A stretch of 64,000 nt of DNA from contig NC_043001.1 of the NCBI RefSeq assembly GCF_006345805.1, positions 111,538,001-111,602,000 on the forward strand, in the 5' to 3' direction. A model generated the notes under the pieces. The model searched no databases, had not been told where the DNA came from, and was given only the letters and a program-made list of their open reading frames with translations. Below are positions 23,641-38,796 of this stretch, one piece after another; the first letter of the stretch is position 1, and the number at the start of each line of letters is the position of its first letter. The position numbers and the translations under genes were made by a program. Origin of the DNA: Octopus sinensis (Eukaryota).

Positions 23641-26600
23641 CTTTGATGCAAGGGTTATTAACACCAGATGACACACCATGCATAAAATATTTCTGTGAAT
23701 TCAGCAACTCATTTTTTCGCAGACCTTTTATTATAACATTGATATCAGTTAGTCGTGCAAACTACTTTTTGGCGCCCACTGAGCAAAATCATCCAAAATT
23801 CGCTTTGGCCCATTCCACATATCTTTAAACTAACGTGGCACTGATTATATCACATTTAGTATTTGGACTTCCGAGATGTCAAGGTTGCTCTCTGTCAGCT
23901 TGTTGCTATTATTCTAAGAAATACTTCCTGTAAAATCCATTTTCTACTTTCTATCCCTGCTTTCTTTTTCATTCTCTTTTATCCCCATTCTCCCTCTCTC
24001 TCTCTTATCCTTTGCAACATAATTTAATTATCCCTTCAGAATGAAAAGGTTTTTGTGTTGCATTTAATGCCTGCTTTCAGTGTAGGTTGGCTTCACGTCA
24101 TACTTCATGTGAGTATTCCCACATCCTATGTACGAAGAAAGCATTTCCATGTAGAAATCGTTCCTTTGATCCATCTATATTTTTCCTTAATTTCATTTCT
24201 TTATTTCTGTTAGACCTTAAGTTTCCCAGGAATTATTTACCTTCCTTATAGATACACACACACACATGGGCTTTGCGTTCGTGTGAACTTAACTATATAT
24301 GTGTGTGTATGTGTTTAAATGCATGTATATATATATATATACATACACATGCATTTAATATATACGAGGATATTATTGTTTATAATAGTATCAGCGTAGA
24401 AAATCATAAAAATCAAGATTATCAATTAATAATTAAAGGTACTAACAGGCGGTACCCACATGCTAACATAGCAGTCAAAACCACAAGTTTTCACTTAAAT
24501 ACATACAAGGGTGAAAGCGGGAAAATGACCAAAAACCCTAACACCCCGTACCAATGATGAAAATAATCGAAAATTTAAAAAGCCAGACATATCCGTATCA
24601 CCGCTACAACTTTGAGAAATACCCTTAGTTCATTCTAAGCGAGTCTTACTCACCCCAGGGTTGAAGAGTTTGTTCATTTCAACCAATGTGTGCGATGACC
24701 GTTTTTAATGCCGCAACAAATTTCAAAAGGTGATCAAAGTGGATAAAAATTGGAGAGTATTGTAGTTCGCTTGAAGCATTCTATATTGTTATTAAATAAT
24801 AAAAAGTTTTGAATAGTACAACAATGCACTATAATATAATATAAACAATTGGCTATATACATGATGTAATTTAGTCATTCATAGTCTGATGATATTTCGG
24901 AATAAAATTCCTTCTTTGGGTATTCTTAGATGGAGACGCTCCTCAGTCAGAAAGGAGAAGTTGGCGTTTCTCTGTAGGCGTTGTTAGTATGAAACCCAAT
25001 ACACTCTAGAATCAGCGAGGTTATTGATATTGCTGCCATTACGGCGCAGATATGAAAATAACGCATTTTTGTGCTGAGAAAGAAAGAATATAGTAAAAAT
25101 TGTTAAAATGGTGGTACAGGGGTCTCAATATGACGATGGAAATTGCTCGGTACTAGAACCTGTATTTGTTCCCTTGTTACAGCGGATTCAGAAGTTAACT
25201 CTACTAATTAATGCGAGGTATTTTGCTGACATGATTCAAAATCAGAACCGGTCACCTAAGGGTGTTTACCTGGCGTTTGGTCTACCGATATTTGATTCAG
25301 TCGTTCGCAGATTCTTGTGCTTCTGTTAACTATAAAATTGAATACTTCCTTATGACTATGTGATTTACTTGTGTCTAGGAGGGTAGAAAACAAACGATTT
25401 AAACAAGTGAAAATCTCGTGTCACAAACAGGTGAAAAGCTAAACGAAGCAACTATGGAGCCATCAGACATATGTGAAAAGCCGGATAGAAAAACGAGAAG
25501 AGGATCAGAATGAAGACATCAGAGCAATTATCTTATACGCTCGCTATTTCTTTTGTCTAGCACAGAAGCAAAGCTATATCTTTCTCTCAGTTGCCAAGTC
25601 GAATTATGTATGTGGACACAAATTTGTCTCTTTTACTCAAGTAAGTCATTGAAGAGAATATATCTGATTCAAAATGAAGAGAAAGACACAAAAAAAATCG
25701 ATGTCTATTTATCTTTCTTTACTTGCTGAGAATGTATACCTCTTTTGAGTGATCACATTGAATTGGAAGAAAGAAATTCATAGCTGGAACATATCAGTCA
25801 ATAGTTGGGATGACGAGTGACAACATTTTCTCTGAAAGGTTAGTTTCACTACGATAAACATTTGCATCCAAGTTTCGAATTTCTTTGTTTTTAATTTTTT
25901 TGTTTTTAATTTTTGTTTTATTCCTTTAATGCTCAGCTGGCAGCATAAATTTTGTCATTTAACCTGAAAACATAACAGTAAAGTTTTTGATGCGGTCCAG
26001 TCAATTGAGATGACAATAATTTCTTTTAAAATGTCTTTCATAGATTTTTTTTGAGAAATGGTATAGATTGCTTTCTTAACAACATATATACGCTTGTGTT
26101 TTCATTCAGAAGTATTAGTTACACTACAAGATTTCTTTTTCTTATATTCATATGAATAAAATATATATTCTATTTCGAAGTGATTACATGTTTCTTATAC
26201 ATTTATAAAATATTGTCTGATTATTTTTTAAAGTAAATACTTTTCTCTTTGCCTAGGTTATATCTTCTATCTTTCGAAATGAATTAATCTTTAAACAGTA
26301 TTTTCATTTGGTTTTCATTTACTGTGTTTTCAACTGCGTCATCATATATCAGATTAGAAATACATTTTTACATTTCAATGATATAAATTTTGATCATTAC
26401 TTTTCTTTAATATACATATATATTTAAAGACGTTGAAATTTTATTTCTTTACATGCAAGACATATATTTACAACTCTAGAGAGTACTATTTATGTCATTT
26501 CCTTGAAATTATATTTCGTGAAAAAATATTTGCATATTTTTCTTATATTTTCGTGACTGCTCACATGCCTTAGAACTGTAAATCAAATAGTGAGACGCTT

Positions 26601-26864
26601 CCGAAGTAATACTGCTTCTGTAACGAAAAATCATTGAAAATATGAACTCTTAGATTTGCACATTGATCTTCACGATTTCGTCAGGGCGTAGGAGAGTAAT
26701 CTACACGACACTCAGCGATATCACAGAGGCTACACACATGGGCAATAGACAGAGAGAGCCTCAGCAGAAAACACCCACTAACACACCACACAACGTGATG
26801 AATAAAGACTAAAGGCTGAAGGGAGGAAAAGAGAAAAACAGAAAAACAGATACAAACAGCGTAT

Positions 26865-27377
26865 TTGTTGTTGTGACCCCCTTCGTTCATGCATGACCAT
26901 GGGATTGCACCTAGAAAGTTACCTTCCGAGGCACAAGTCTGGGCAAGGTTGTTTATGGGAGACCAGCAGTCGCCCACGCATAACAACCTCCCCTCTCTAC
27001 GCCACTGATGTTATCCAAAGGAAATGCAAAGGCCGATACAGCTTAGTACCAGTGACGTCGCAGCTCATTTAGTAACGTGCAAGTGGCTGAGCACTCCACA
27101 GACACGTGTACCCTTAACGTAGTTCCCGGGGAGATTCAGCATGACACAGAGTGTGACAAGGCTGGCCCTTTGAAATGCAGGTACAACAGAAACAGGAAGA
27201 AAGAGTAAGAGAAATTTGTGGTGAAAAAATACAGCAGGGTTCACCCCCTGCAGGAGCCTCCTGGAGCTTTAGTTTTTTTTTCGCTCAATAAACACTCACA
27301 ATGCTCGGTCTGGGAATCGAAACCGCGATCCTACGACCGCGAGTCCGCTGCCCTAACCACTGGGCCATTGCACCTCC
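26865..27377 (-). mobile_element. Chimeric SINE: family E head and body (27377-27070) joined to a different 3' module ending in (CAA)n
   Basis: The E sequence stops at CACTTGCACGTTA and continues AAATGAGCTGCGACGTCACTGG..CCATGGTCATGCATGAACGAAGGGGGTCACAACAACAA. Confidence 0.7.
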
Positions 27378-27609
27378 ACGTAATACACATACAATAAACA
27401 TATATGCGCATACCTATGATAAATATTTGAAAATTAGAGACATTAAAAAAACACTGTATAAAGGGAACGGATAGAAACAACATAGGAAGCGAACCCATAT
27501 ATACACACAGAGACACACATACGGTAACTTCACAGACGGCTCTGCAACATTATCACCATGATGACTAAGATCAATGGCAACAACAGCAACAACAACATCT
27601 ACCATGATG

Positions 27610-27890
27610 GCAAAACAAGAACGATACTTAAATTCGGGATCAAGGGCAGCAGTAGTGGCAATGTGGTCGGGGACAGGGCTGAGGAATGGGGTCATAGTAC
27701 AACGAAGAACAATGGCATACACACACACACGCACACACACACATACACACACAAACGCATGTGCATATAAGGATACTTACCATATAACAACTAATGGATT
27801 AAGCAGAACAAGTGCACACACGAAAACGGAAAGTGTCGCTGAAGAGGACACAGGTGTGTGAAGAAAGATTTACGGACAGTGGACATGAGT
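27610..27890 (-). mobile_element. Diverged inverted homolog of the 20100 repeat unit
   Basis: agggcagcagtagtggcaatgtggtcggggac..gtacaacgaagaa..gctgaagaggacacaggtgtgtgaagaaag. Confidence 0.75.
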
Positions 27891-30084
27891 TAGAATAAGC
27901 TTCTATATTTATTTTCTTCTGAAATGTAGCTGTTACCATTTACCTTCATCTGTTTCTAATTGACTTTTGAAATGTTCGAAGGATCACTTGTTTCGTAAAA
28001 TAGAAATAATATACATAATTTTCAAAGCATTAATATTAAAGAAAATCAATACTAACAAATCATTTTCAGAGATTTTATTTCAAATTCAGCAATGAATTTT
28101 ACGCTTACCCTTTTTTTAATATATTTTACTGTATTGTCAATCAAATGTGTAACGTATTTTTCATAACCGCAGAAGCTTGTACAAATTTATCCAATTCTTA
28201 CTTATAATTGCTATGTAATGAACATGTTATGAATTTAAATTTCAAAGTCGTTGACACGCTATCGTGAACGAGAATTACAGCAACGAATATCTTGGGTATG
28301 TGCAAATCTAGGTACTGCCAAATATGCTAGCTCCATGTGCAGAAGAACGGTATAAAATACAAGGATGTGAAAAAACGTGTTTTAGAAAATAGATCAGATT
28401 TGGTTAGTAAGTTACGTAATACTAATCAGTCAAGCAGCATTTCTTCAAGTGTTCGAACTTGTAGAATACCAAGCAAATAGTGGGACTTTGTAATCAATGT
28501 TGTTTATTTAATTAGGGCATACATAAATTTGTTTATATTAAAAACGTAATGAATTTTTGATTAAAGTAATTAATCTGTAATATCATTAAGACGTTAATCT
28601 CTGCGGGCACAAAATTTTATTTAGCAAAATAGTAAGTCATTTTCCTTACCAGCCTAGATTCGGATATTTACTAGTTTTTGTATTTATATTAATTTCACTA
28701 ACAATAATTAATTAGTCACTTTTCACAAACAATGTCCTTAAGATATCTTTTCTCAGTTTCATATTTCTGTCAACAAAGTTATATCAGCTAGACCCAAGTG
28801 CTATGACTACATGCGGTTTTCTCAAGCAAAAAAAATTTGAATTTAAACGTAATGAAGCTTATGTTTGTCTCTCAATAAATATATTTCCTTAACGACCAAG
28901 TATATACACACATACATATTACTGACATGACACCATCCAATATTAAACAATGTTGTTTTAAATATAAAAACGGCTTCTTTTGATTTATTTATATTATTTA
29001 TCAATTGTGATGTTGCTTTGCACGAAAAATAAGGAGCTGCTTTACGAAGTAATATACTAATATTTAAATTGTTGTAATAGGTGTTTGTATTTGTATATAA
29101 TTATGCACGCGTATTTAAGTATAAAATTTCTGATGAATCATGTTACCCGAAGTTTTAAAGGTATTTCTATAATTTCCCCAAATATAATTGGCATTTTGGC
29201 AAAATAAGCAGCCAAAATAACCCTATTTTTGTAACATTACACATACACATTTAGAAGAATTTCTGAAACCGATTCCTACATACATACGTTTATTTATATA
29301 CGTTATACTTAGTTTCAAAAATAATATTCTCATTTATATTTAAGTCAATTATTTGAAACTTTTCTATTTTACCATGATTCTGCTCTCATCGTCCTAAATT
29401 TGCTTAAGTCTTACCTAATTGTATTTCGACCTCTTCATATTATTTTTATGCATCTGCTCTAAACATCATCGCATTTAGCATCATGTTATATTCATTACTG
29501 CAAAAAAGCCCCATTTTCAAATACAGAAGCCTTTTTTCATTATTGCATAAGCATTTAGTATAATTACACTAATGATATAAGCATTAGGTATACATACTCT
29601 CTTTGCACGCTCAAATTGCTTTATGTCTCCGCGTAACTCCATATTTCCCGCCCCGCTTTTATTTAAACTTATATTGAAACATGTCTTATATTGAAACATT
29701 TAATTTCCGCTTTTTTCTATAATTCTGTTTCAAACTGACCATAATTTTTTTCACATTCATTACCGCACAAAATTTCATATCTATTTATTCATTCACCAGA
29801 GTTTGGAACAACTTCGGAACGCTTCAACATCACTGACCCCTCAGAAACTGACAAAAAATATATCATGCAATATTGTGTGTGTTTCTGTGCGTTTTGTTTT
29901 TGTGTTTCTCTTTCTGTTTGACCCCCCGCCCACCAAGGTTTAAAAACTCTATAATTTAGGGATTCGATATAAGAGAACAATAATAAGAACTAGAATTTAG
30001 ATATAAGTAATGGAGTCGATTTCTTCAACTAAACTCTTCAAGATCACATCTCATATATATGTATATAGTTTCATGTATATGCTT

Positions 30085-30085
<1 letters not shown>

Positions 30086-30170
<85 letters not shown>
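30086..30170. repeat. (GATA)n microsatellite
   Basis: Seen directly. Confidence 0.95.
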
Positions 30171-30171
<1 letters not shown>

Positions 30172-31049
30172 CTTATATACACATATTCACATACCCAAAC
30201 TATATGCACGCACACACGCATATATAATCTACACACATCTACACGTCATTGCGTATACTCACGAGTACACACGTACATACATACACACAAACACAGACTT
30301 TCGTATATTCTAACGTCGCTTGTTTGTATTTTCAGTATTGAGCTACTCTGTTATAATGTTTTAGTGAATACAACATTGTAAAAAAAATATAGAATATAAA
30401 CATCAATTATGAATAATTACAAGCTATGGACGAAAAAAAAAATGTTTCGTTTATTATATCGTCATATAAGACAAAGTATTGACAAAATCATATATGCATC
30501 GAACAATATGATTATCGGTCTGACTTCAACCCCGACGAATTCGATTTTGTACTTTAACTATTCGGACTTGATAAAATAAGATATCTGTCAACTTGTTTTC
30601 TACACTAAAAATTACTGGCCCTGTGTCAAAAATTAGAAAGAATTATATTGGAGTGAGAAAGAATAAGCATAAGACTGTGTAAATAAACATGTGTGTATAA
30701 GTCACAGATTAAGATTCTGTTGATTGTGACAGTTTGAGAGAGATAGAGAGAGAGAGAGAGACATACAGACAGAAACGAGGAGTGATATTTAGATAAAGCA
30801 TTAGATAGATGTGTCAGGGAAGAATCATTTTCTGTTGTATCTGGGGAGAGTCATTTTCTTTTTGTGCCTTTTAATTTAACACACTCACCGATAAAATTTC
30901 CACTTGTTCCTTATTTTTATTTTCCTAAAATTTCCGTTGCGTCTTGCAAACTTTTCAATAGTCTTGATGAATTCTGATATTGCAAAAATGATTAAATATG
31001 TAATGTGTGTAGCATTTAGTAAAATAGTGAACAGAATTTATTTTCGTTA

Positions 31050-31446
31050 GAGTGGCTGTGTGGTAAGTAGCTTGCTTACGAACCACATGGTTCCGGGTTC
31101 AGTCCCACTGTGTGGCAACTTGGGTGTCTTCTACTATAGCCTCGGGCCGACCAAAGCTTTATGATTGGATTTGGTAGACGAAAACTGCAAGAAGCCTGTC
31201 GTATATATGTATATGTATATGTATAGATATATGTGTGTGTTTGTGCGTCTGTGTTTATCCCCCCAATATCGCTTGACAATCGATGCTGGTGTTTTTACAT
31301 CCCCGTAGCCTAGCGGTTCGGCAAAAGAGACCGATAGAATAAGTACTAGGCTTACAAAGAATAAGTCCCGGGTCGATTTGCTCGACTAAAGACGGTACTC
31401 CAGCATGGCCGCAGTCCAATGACTGAAACAAGTGAAAGAGTAAAAG
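31050..31446 (+). mobile_element. SINE family A, near full length
   Basis: Aligns by eye with 1370-1762. Confidence 0.9.
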
Positions 31447-32134
31447 TTTAAATTTGTTTTGAGAGAAATTTAAAAAAATTAAGCATTTTGAAAATATTGT
31501 GGACGTTTGAGAATGTTAATTATTGGTATTTATATCTTGGAGGGGGTTAAATAGTTAATACTACGACATTAGAATTCAAATCTGTATAATTAGAAAGCTG
31601 CTTTGTACGAAAGATAATATTGATGACTTAAAAGGTACGTGAGATTTATAAGAGAAAATAAAGTGTTGTACACATATTATTTGAAATAGCTTACAAATAA
31701 TGAAAGAGTAGAGAGGATAGCTGGCGTGAAGAAGAAAGATAGAACGTCAAACACTCTTAATCCGGTCGCTTTAAATATTGTGCCATTAATGGATTTTATA
31801 TTTCTAACTTTAAATAGAAGATGAATAACAAAGGGGAATAAATAATTTTAGAAGATCGAAATGGTGATTTATATAGATTAAGGTTAGCAGATTTGGATCG
31901 ATGCCGAGAGTAGAAAAGGCGACACATATACATAGATGTGTGTGAGTGCGTGCGTGTGTGTGTGTGCATGTGTGTGTGTGTGTGTGTGTGCGTGTGTGTG
32001 TATGTGTATGTGTGTAAAAAGACAATCGCTGGAGTATTAATTTGAGAAAGTATATGTTTAGGTGGGAAATAACTTATAATGTTATTTAAATAGGGAGTTT
32101 ATTAAAAACAAAATATATCTAAAATATACATATT

Positions 32135-32480
32135 TTTGTTTTAGTTTCAGCTCAGAGCTGCGGCCATGCTGATGCACCACCGTTTTGTGCTACACTGTTA
32201 TTACTAAGAGCCTCCTCTAATATGTGGCACTTGGTGAAGAATGGAGTTTGATATAGCTACCCTCATTTGTACCTCTGGGACTCTCGACAGGAAGAGGTCC
32301 AGCTTTGATTTAAAAACCCCTACATCTACTTTGTGCAAGTTTCTCAGACTCTTTGAAAGAATAATAAAAAGCTGTGGGCCCTTGAAACCCAGGCTGTTGC
32401 AGTAACTGGTCCTGAAGCGTGATGGCATTGCTGGGACCTTTGGCACTATGCAGTGTCGTCCCGTTCTGGCATTGGTGTAG
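32135..32480 (-). mobile_element. CR1-clade LINE 3' end (ORF2 C-terminus plus 3' UTR)
   Basis: NSLGFKGPQLF.IL.KSLRNL...[26 protein letters not shown]; 3' UTR CAGCATGGCCGCAGCTCTGAGCTGAAAC. Confidence 0.8.
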
Positions 32481-33091
32481 CTTTCAATACCAAACTAGTC
32501 GTTTTTTTTTTAAGATTGAGAATCGAAGACAATCAAATAATTACTTAAACTGTAGAGAAGAGAATGGATAAAATTAACGAGAAGCTGTAGAGAAGACAAC
32601 CCATATGTAGCAATAGTGGACACACATACGTTTAATTTACGACAGTAAGGAACTAATAGGAATAAGAACTAATATGAACATATAATAGTTTTTAAGTTAC
32701 ATTAAATATGATTGCCCATTACTGCTATGAGTGATCAGGAAAGAGGAAAAGGAAAGTAGTTAAAAAAACATAGTACCAAGCAGCAATTAGAAGTAATTAC
32801 AGATACTTATATTGGAGTATCAATGTATGAGATAACAACATGGAACGCAAAATATCAATAAATGCATAAAATACAGAAAAATAATTTCCATTCTACTGAA
32901 ATCAAGAAGGAACCTACTCCATTAAAGATAGGATACTCAAATACTAAGGAAAAGAAATACGTTGAACCAAAGACTTTCTGAAGATAATAAACACTGACCA
33001 AATCGCAAATGATTTGTAGACATGAGAATCAGAGACAATGCTCTAAACACAAGAATCAGATCGACGCCAACTTTAACGGATTTTATCAGAA

Positions 33092-33482
33092 ACTAGCAGT
33101 ATCGCCCGGCGTTGCTCGGGTTTGTTTCGACTCTTTAGAATTGGAATTTTTGAAAAGTAAAAATGTTGCATTATGTAGCTTGTTATTCTCTTTAAGTGAA
33201 CATTCTTCTGGTTGACATATACCAAAAATGGCGACACAGTAGTCAAAACATCATAAAAAATAGGGATTTTCATAGGAAAAAAGCACCTTTTTCATGTAAA
33301 TAATTTTTGGTGTTAACATGGTCCGATTTGAATTTTATCTCCTACGAAAGGAAGAACAAGCCTTCTTCTATCATACTCTCAATTTTGGTCATCTTGCGCC
33401 GCAGGGTCTCAGAGGAGATAGTGTTAGTTGAGGGCTACCAAACCTGCCATACACAGACAACTTCAGCTTTATATAGAGAGAG
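33092..33482 (+). mobile_element. Non-autonomous Helentron/DINE-1-like element
   Basis: 5' ACTAGCAGTATCGCCCGGCGTTGCTCGGG with a sub-terminal hairpin; 3' ACAGACAACTTCAGCTTTATATAG; termini resemble HINE/DINE-type elements. Confidence 0.6.
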
Positions 33483-34014
33483 ACTAGACAAAAGGATTAT
33501 TGAAATCAATATTGTTTCAACAAGAAAAAAAAAGACGTCTGATGTGTAAGAGCTAGGTAATAATCTCCACGGAAATTTTTCAAAGGAACGAAAAGTATCT
33601 GATCCATCGTGGTAAGTAATAAAACACAATTATATCGAACACATGAGAGTAAAAGGTAAAGTTAGAGCACCTGGACGTAATAAGATAACTGGAACACGTA
33701 TTCTGTTAAGAGAGAATTCTTATAAGATACTGAGAGAGGTAAAGAAAACACTTCGTTTCCTCACTGAGGTGTAACCAAAGACAATTAGAAGAAAAAGAAG
33801 ATTTTGGATAGATTACACATGAGCAAGGTAGAACCAATAATAAGTAACACATTAATCAATTTATATATAAATGATTATGACTTTTATAGATGCATATCTT
33901 CAATAGAACGGAATCCTCCATATCATTCCTTTCGTAAACTGGTAATGACACCTTACCGACATTTAAAAACTGCTGTAATGACTGCAAGTCCGTTATCGCA
34001 ATTTGTTATCGTTT

Positions 34015-34300
34015 TAGTAGTTCCAGCCCGAGAACTGCGGCCATGCTGAAGGACGGGCGATGCATTTGTTGCTCTTTCTCCAATATTTAGCTTTCAGTCA
34101 ATGAACGCGTTCGTTGTCTCTGTTCTGACTTGCATTTCTTGCCGCAGCGGTATTTAATCTCGAATGATAGAACAGACTATTCAGGGTCTTCTTCAATGCA
34201 TCTCCATGAAATTGATGTACTTTTGTTCAGTTTTAGGATAAAATATTGAAAAGCTATTAGCCTTTGGACCCTAGACTATTGTCATATGTGGTCCATATAT
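34015..34300 (-). mobile_element. Older CR1-like 3' end
   Basis: IPLRQEMQVR.ETTNAFID, then CAGCATGGCCGCAGTTCTCGGGCTGGAAC. Confidence 0.5.
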
Positions 34301-35514
34301 TTGATGGCGAGAGCTGTAAAATCTGAACTAAACAGTGGTGACTAGTTTGGGGATTTGGTGTAACTCTCAAAAGTTTGACGAGAACGATACGTGAATTTCT
34401 TCGCTGTAAACTATCAGAAAACTAGAAAGAATACTGCAGACGATAATGAGATTATTATAGAAATAATTATTAGTAAATGAATAACTGATTTTGATAAAAC
34501 TATGCTACTTTGAACAATTGATGAAGAATTACAATAAAATATATCTAAAAATAGCGAAGTGAGGAAATTCAAATCAGGAATTGAAATGACTGCCAGTTTT
34601 GGAGAAAGAGATGAGAAACATTAGACTAAGACAATGGGAAGCTAACCCTAAACTAAAATTCGATCTAGCAAATTGTGCTAATACAAAAACAAAATAAATC
34701 TTATGTTTATTAGAGAAAGATAATTGAGTATTTATGCATGCACATGATTTACAACACTGTCTGAGGAGTGTGTCTGATAGCTGAGAGAGAAGGAGTAAAG
34801 TGTTCCCACAAGAAATCATGAAATGGGTGTTATAAATCAAAATACATTCGGGAAATGCAGACGATGGCGCGGTTGGAATTAGAAACAAAATTAATCACTC
34901 TTTCGTCTGGCTACACAGTCTTCGACAAAACTTAACACAGCTGCGGACATAAACGATTTTAGGCATTGCATACACTTAAATGTAAGGTAGTATGATCAAA
35001 AGCAAACAGCAACACTGACATGAAGATTAAAAGTAGTCAGTTTAATATTGTTGTCAATGACAACAAAGAAAATACCTCATAATCGTTGTAACATTCCCAT
35101 CTCAAACAGAGAGTTATATCACGTACACCTAACAAAAAATTGAAAAATATTTACAAACATGACTGGAAAATGAATCCAGAAATCCGTATCAGAATAGGTG
35201 CCTTGGAAATGAAATCAGAACAAAAAAATTCACGAGGAAGACCAAATGACAAATATACACGGTAATTTTACTAAGCACCGACACTAGTTTTGGCATTCAC
35301 CTCAGATGACTATCGCCCTCATCACTTCAGTTGCTGCCTACTTATTCTCTTGTTTCTACTTTCTCCTATTTCGGGATGAAAACACTTAAATGTTCTTTAC
35401 TATTACATGTATCACAATTGGAATTTCTGCCAGGCAATTATCACCCCTCGATGTTATATAAAATCGCGAGAGGCCTATGAATTTCAAGTACCGCTAAAAG
35501 CTGAAGAGTCATTC

Positions 35515-36064
<550 letters not shown>

Positions 36065-37261
36065 ATCCTAAAGTGCGGGCCTAATACGTCAGATTTCCCT
36101 GATACATCCTTCTATTTTTTTACATTATATTTTTCTATTTATCAACAGAAGAAATTGTCACGCAACGCTTGGTGATAATATGCGTAACTGTGACTGTTAT
36201 ATGACTGTAAACTACACTTTATCTATATATGTCTCAGTTTCTCATCTCTATACCATCTTTGCTGGTTTTGTCTTCTATGTTTTGTTTGATTTTGGTTTGT
36301 TCCTCCCCGCTTCCTCTCTATTCTCATTATTTTCTCTATTCTCATTGTAATCACACATCGTCTACCGTGGCCGAAACAAATACGTTTAGAAGACAATCAA
36401 ATAGAAGTAGCCAGATTACAAAGTATTCTTTGTAACTTGCCAAAGAAGATATGTCAATGGTACGGATGCGTTTTTTCCCATGCTGAATACAATATTAATT
36501 ATTCACGGATTATATTACGTTTTCTGTTGATATATTTCTCGAAGAGATAATGCAAATAACAAAAGATAAAAAAAACGAAAGAAGACGCAATATAAGGAAA
36601 TCTAACACAAAATAAAATAAGTAGAATAGCAAAGGAAAAAAAGTATCAATGAACGGTCTGACTGATAGTCAGTACAGTTTAGTGTCTTAAAGTGATCCAG
36701 AACCAGTATTTATTTAATATCAACCAGTTATGTTCAAAGCGTGCAAATAGAAATCAATCTATTCAACACGAAAGCAATTAGCTTTAACTTAATTCTGCTA
36801 GATTCTGAGAATAATTTGTGGCCAATACAGTAATGTTAAATTGCTTCATATGCTTTTGGCACGTCGCTCTTGAAATATTGTCTAATCTAGAAGATTAAAT
36901 CTCTTCGCTTAAATATTTAATTGAGTAAATCTTGTTAGGTCTTAGTTACAGTTTGTATCATTGTCTAATATTTACAATACTCTCAAATATACCAATGCGT
37001 AGATATTATATTTGATAGTGTAGCGGACAAACCCACTCCACATAGTATCGTAATATCCTTCCTAAACTACGCACGTATTAACCAAACAGGAGTAGGTGCA
37101 ATGAGGGATGCATCTTTGCAAAAGCAAAGGTGTAGATCAGTTGGAATTCTTCTTATAGCACATAAAGAATCTTTTAAAAATATGCTTTAGTAATAAGCAT
37201 TATCATTACCAACTTTAAATAAATGTGGAATTCGGAAGGAAAGTTCTTGTACTGAACAAAA

Positions 37262-37830
37262 TATCGGGTTGAACGGAAAGTTCGTGCCGACTTTTAAAGG
37301 AAAGAAAAAGGCTAATAAATACTTGCCATTACATTTTTACTCAACCAAATACGAACCATTTTGTTCCAAAATGCGTCTCCATCTTTCCTTAACTTAATAA
37401 TACCCTCTTCCCAGAACTGATGTGGTTTCATGGCAAAGAATACATCAAGGTATCTTTTTATGTCATCCAAGGAATTGCAATTTTTACCATTAAAACTATT
37501 CTGCAGAGACTTGAATAAGTGGAAATCCGAAGGATCAATATCTGGTGAATATGGAGGGTGGGGTAACACATCCCAGCCGAGCAACAGCAATTTTTGTCTG
37601 GTTCCCAAAACATCAAGTGCCGAAATCGAACTTTCTTATCTTCCATTTTAAAGGGTTACAGAATTAACACAGGTTATAGGAACATAAATTTTCTTCCACG
37701 AAAAAGTAGCTTAAACTGTGTTCTAAATGGAGGTGTAGTCAAATCCTATTTTATGGACTCAACCATGTTCTAAAATAAGCCGAGAGGTAAGCTACTATAA
37801 ATCGGCATGAACTTTCCGGACAGACCAATA
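37262..37830 (-). mobile_element. Internally deleted mariner transposon with TIRs
   Basis: GWDVLPHPPYSPDIDPSDFHLFKSLQN..FWEEGI.KL; imperfect 30-bp TIRs at 37262-37291 and 37801-37830. Confidence 0.85.
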
Positions 37831-38390
37831 AAATACATGTATATCATCGCCTCTGAATCTTCATATCAAATTGCATAATTTTAGTTTCCACATTTACTAG
37901 TTTAATATTCCAGGTAGATTCAGTAGCCTATACTCTTTCATATATTCCTGGACATGAAACGATTATTAAATTAGTGAGTTATTAAGATTAGTTAACGTTT
38001 GTGTTATGTGTTTCCATAGATAAGATTCATGTCTCTAAAATCCTTCTTCATTGTTTCGATTTCAGATTGCTTACTCGTAGAGCACTAATGAATTGTATAA
38101 TCCTTTTTTTTTTTTTTGTCGCTTATGAATTTCGTCCCGGTGTCGTTTCTTTTTCTTTCTGTAAAATTTCAGCAAGAAGGTTTGAGATCTGTAAGGACTT
38201 TGTGGCTTTATGAAAATTGCGATTGTAGTAGATAATACACGGTTTAGTTACATGAAGTGAGCTTGTTGGCAGTAACAAAAAATGAATCTCGCAAATAATG
38301 CATCACTTAGTTGGGTTTTTTTCTCTCTCACCAATATATTTTCAAAATATGAAAAATACTTCTTAATTTGATTGTAAGTACTGTAAGTGA

Positions 38391-38788
38391 ACTCTTTTAC
38401 TCTTTTACTCTTTTACTTGTTTCAGTCATTAGACTGCGGCCATGCTGGAGCACCGCCTTTAGTCGAGCAACTCGACCCCGGGACTTATTCTTTGTAAGCC
38501 CAGTACTTATTCTATCGGTCTCTTTTGCCGAACCGCTAAGTGACGGGGACATAAACAAACCAGCATCGGTTGTCACGCAATGCTAGGGGGACAAACACAA
38601 ACACACAAGCACACACACACACATATACGACGGGCTTCTTTCAGTTTCCGTGTACCAAATCCACTCACAAGGCTTTGGTCGGCCCGAGGCTATAGTAGAA
38701 GACACTTGCCCAAGGTGCCATGCAGTGGGACTGAACCCGGAACCATGTGGTTGGTAAGCAAGCTACTTACCACACAGCCACTTCTGCG
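38391..38788 (-). mobile_element. SINE family A, full length
   Basis: Very similar to 4839-5256. Confidence 0.92.
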
Positions 38789-38796
38789 ATAAAATC

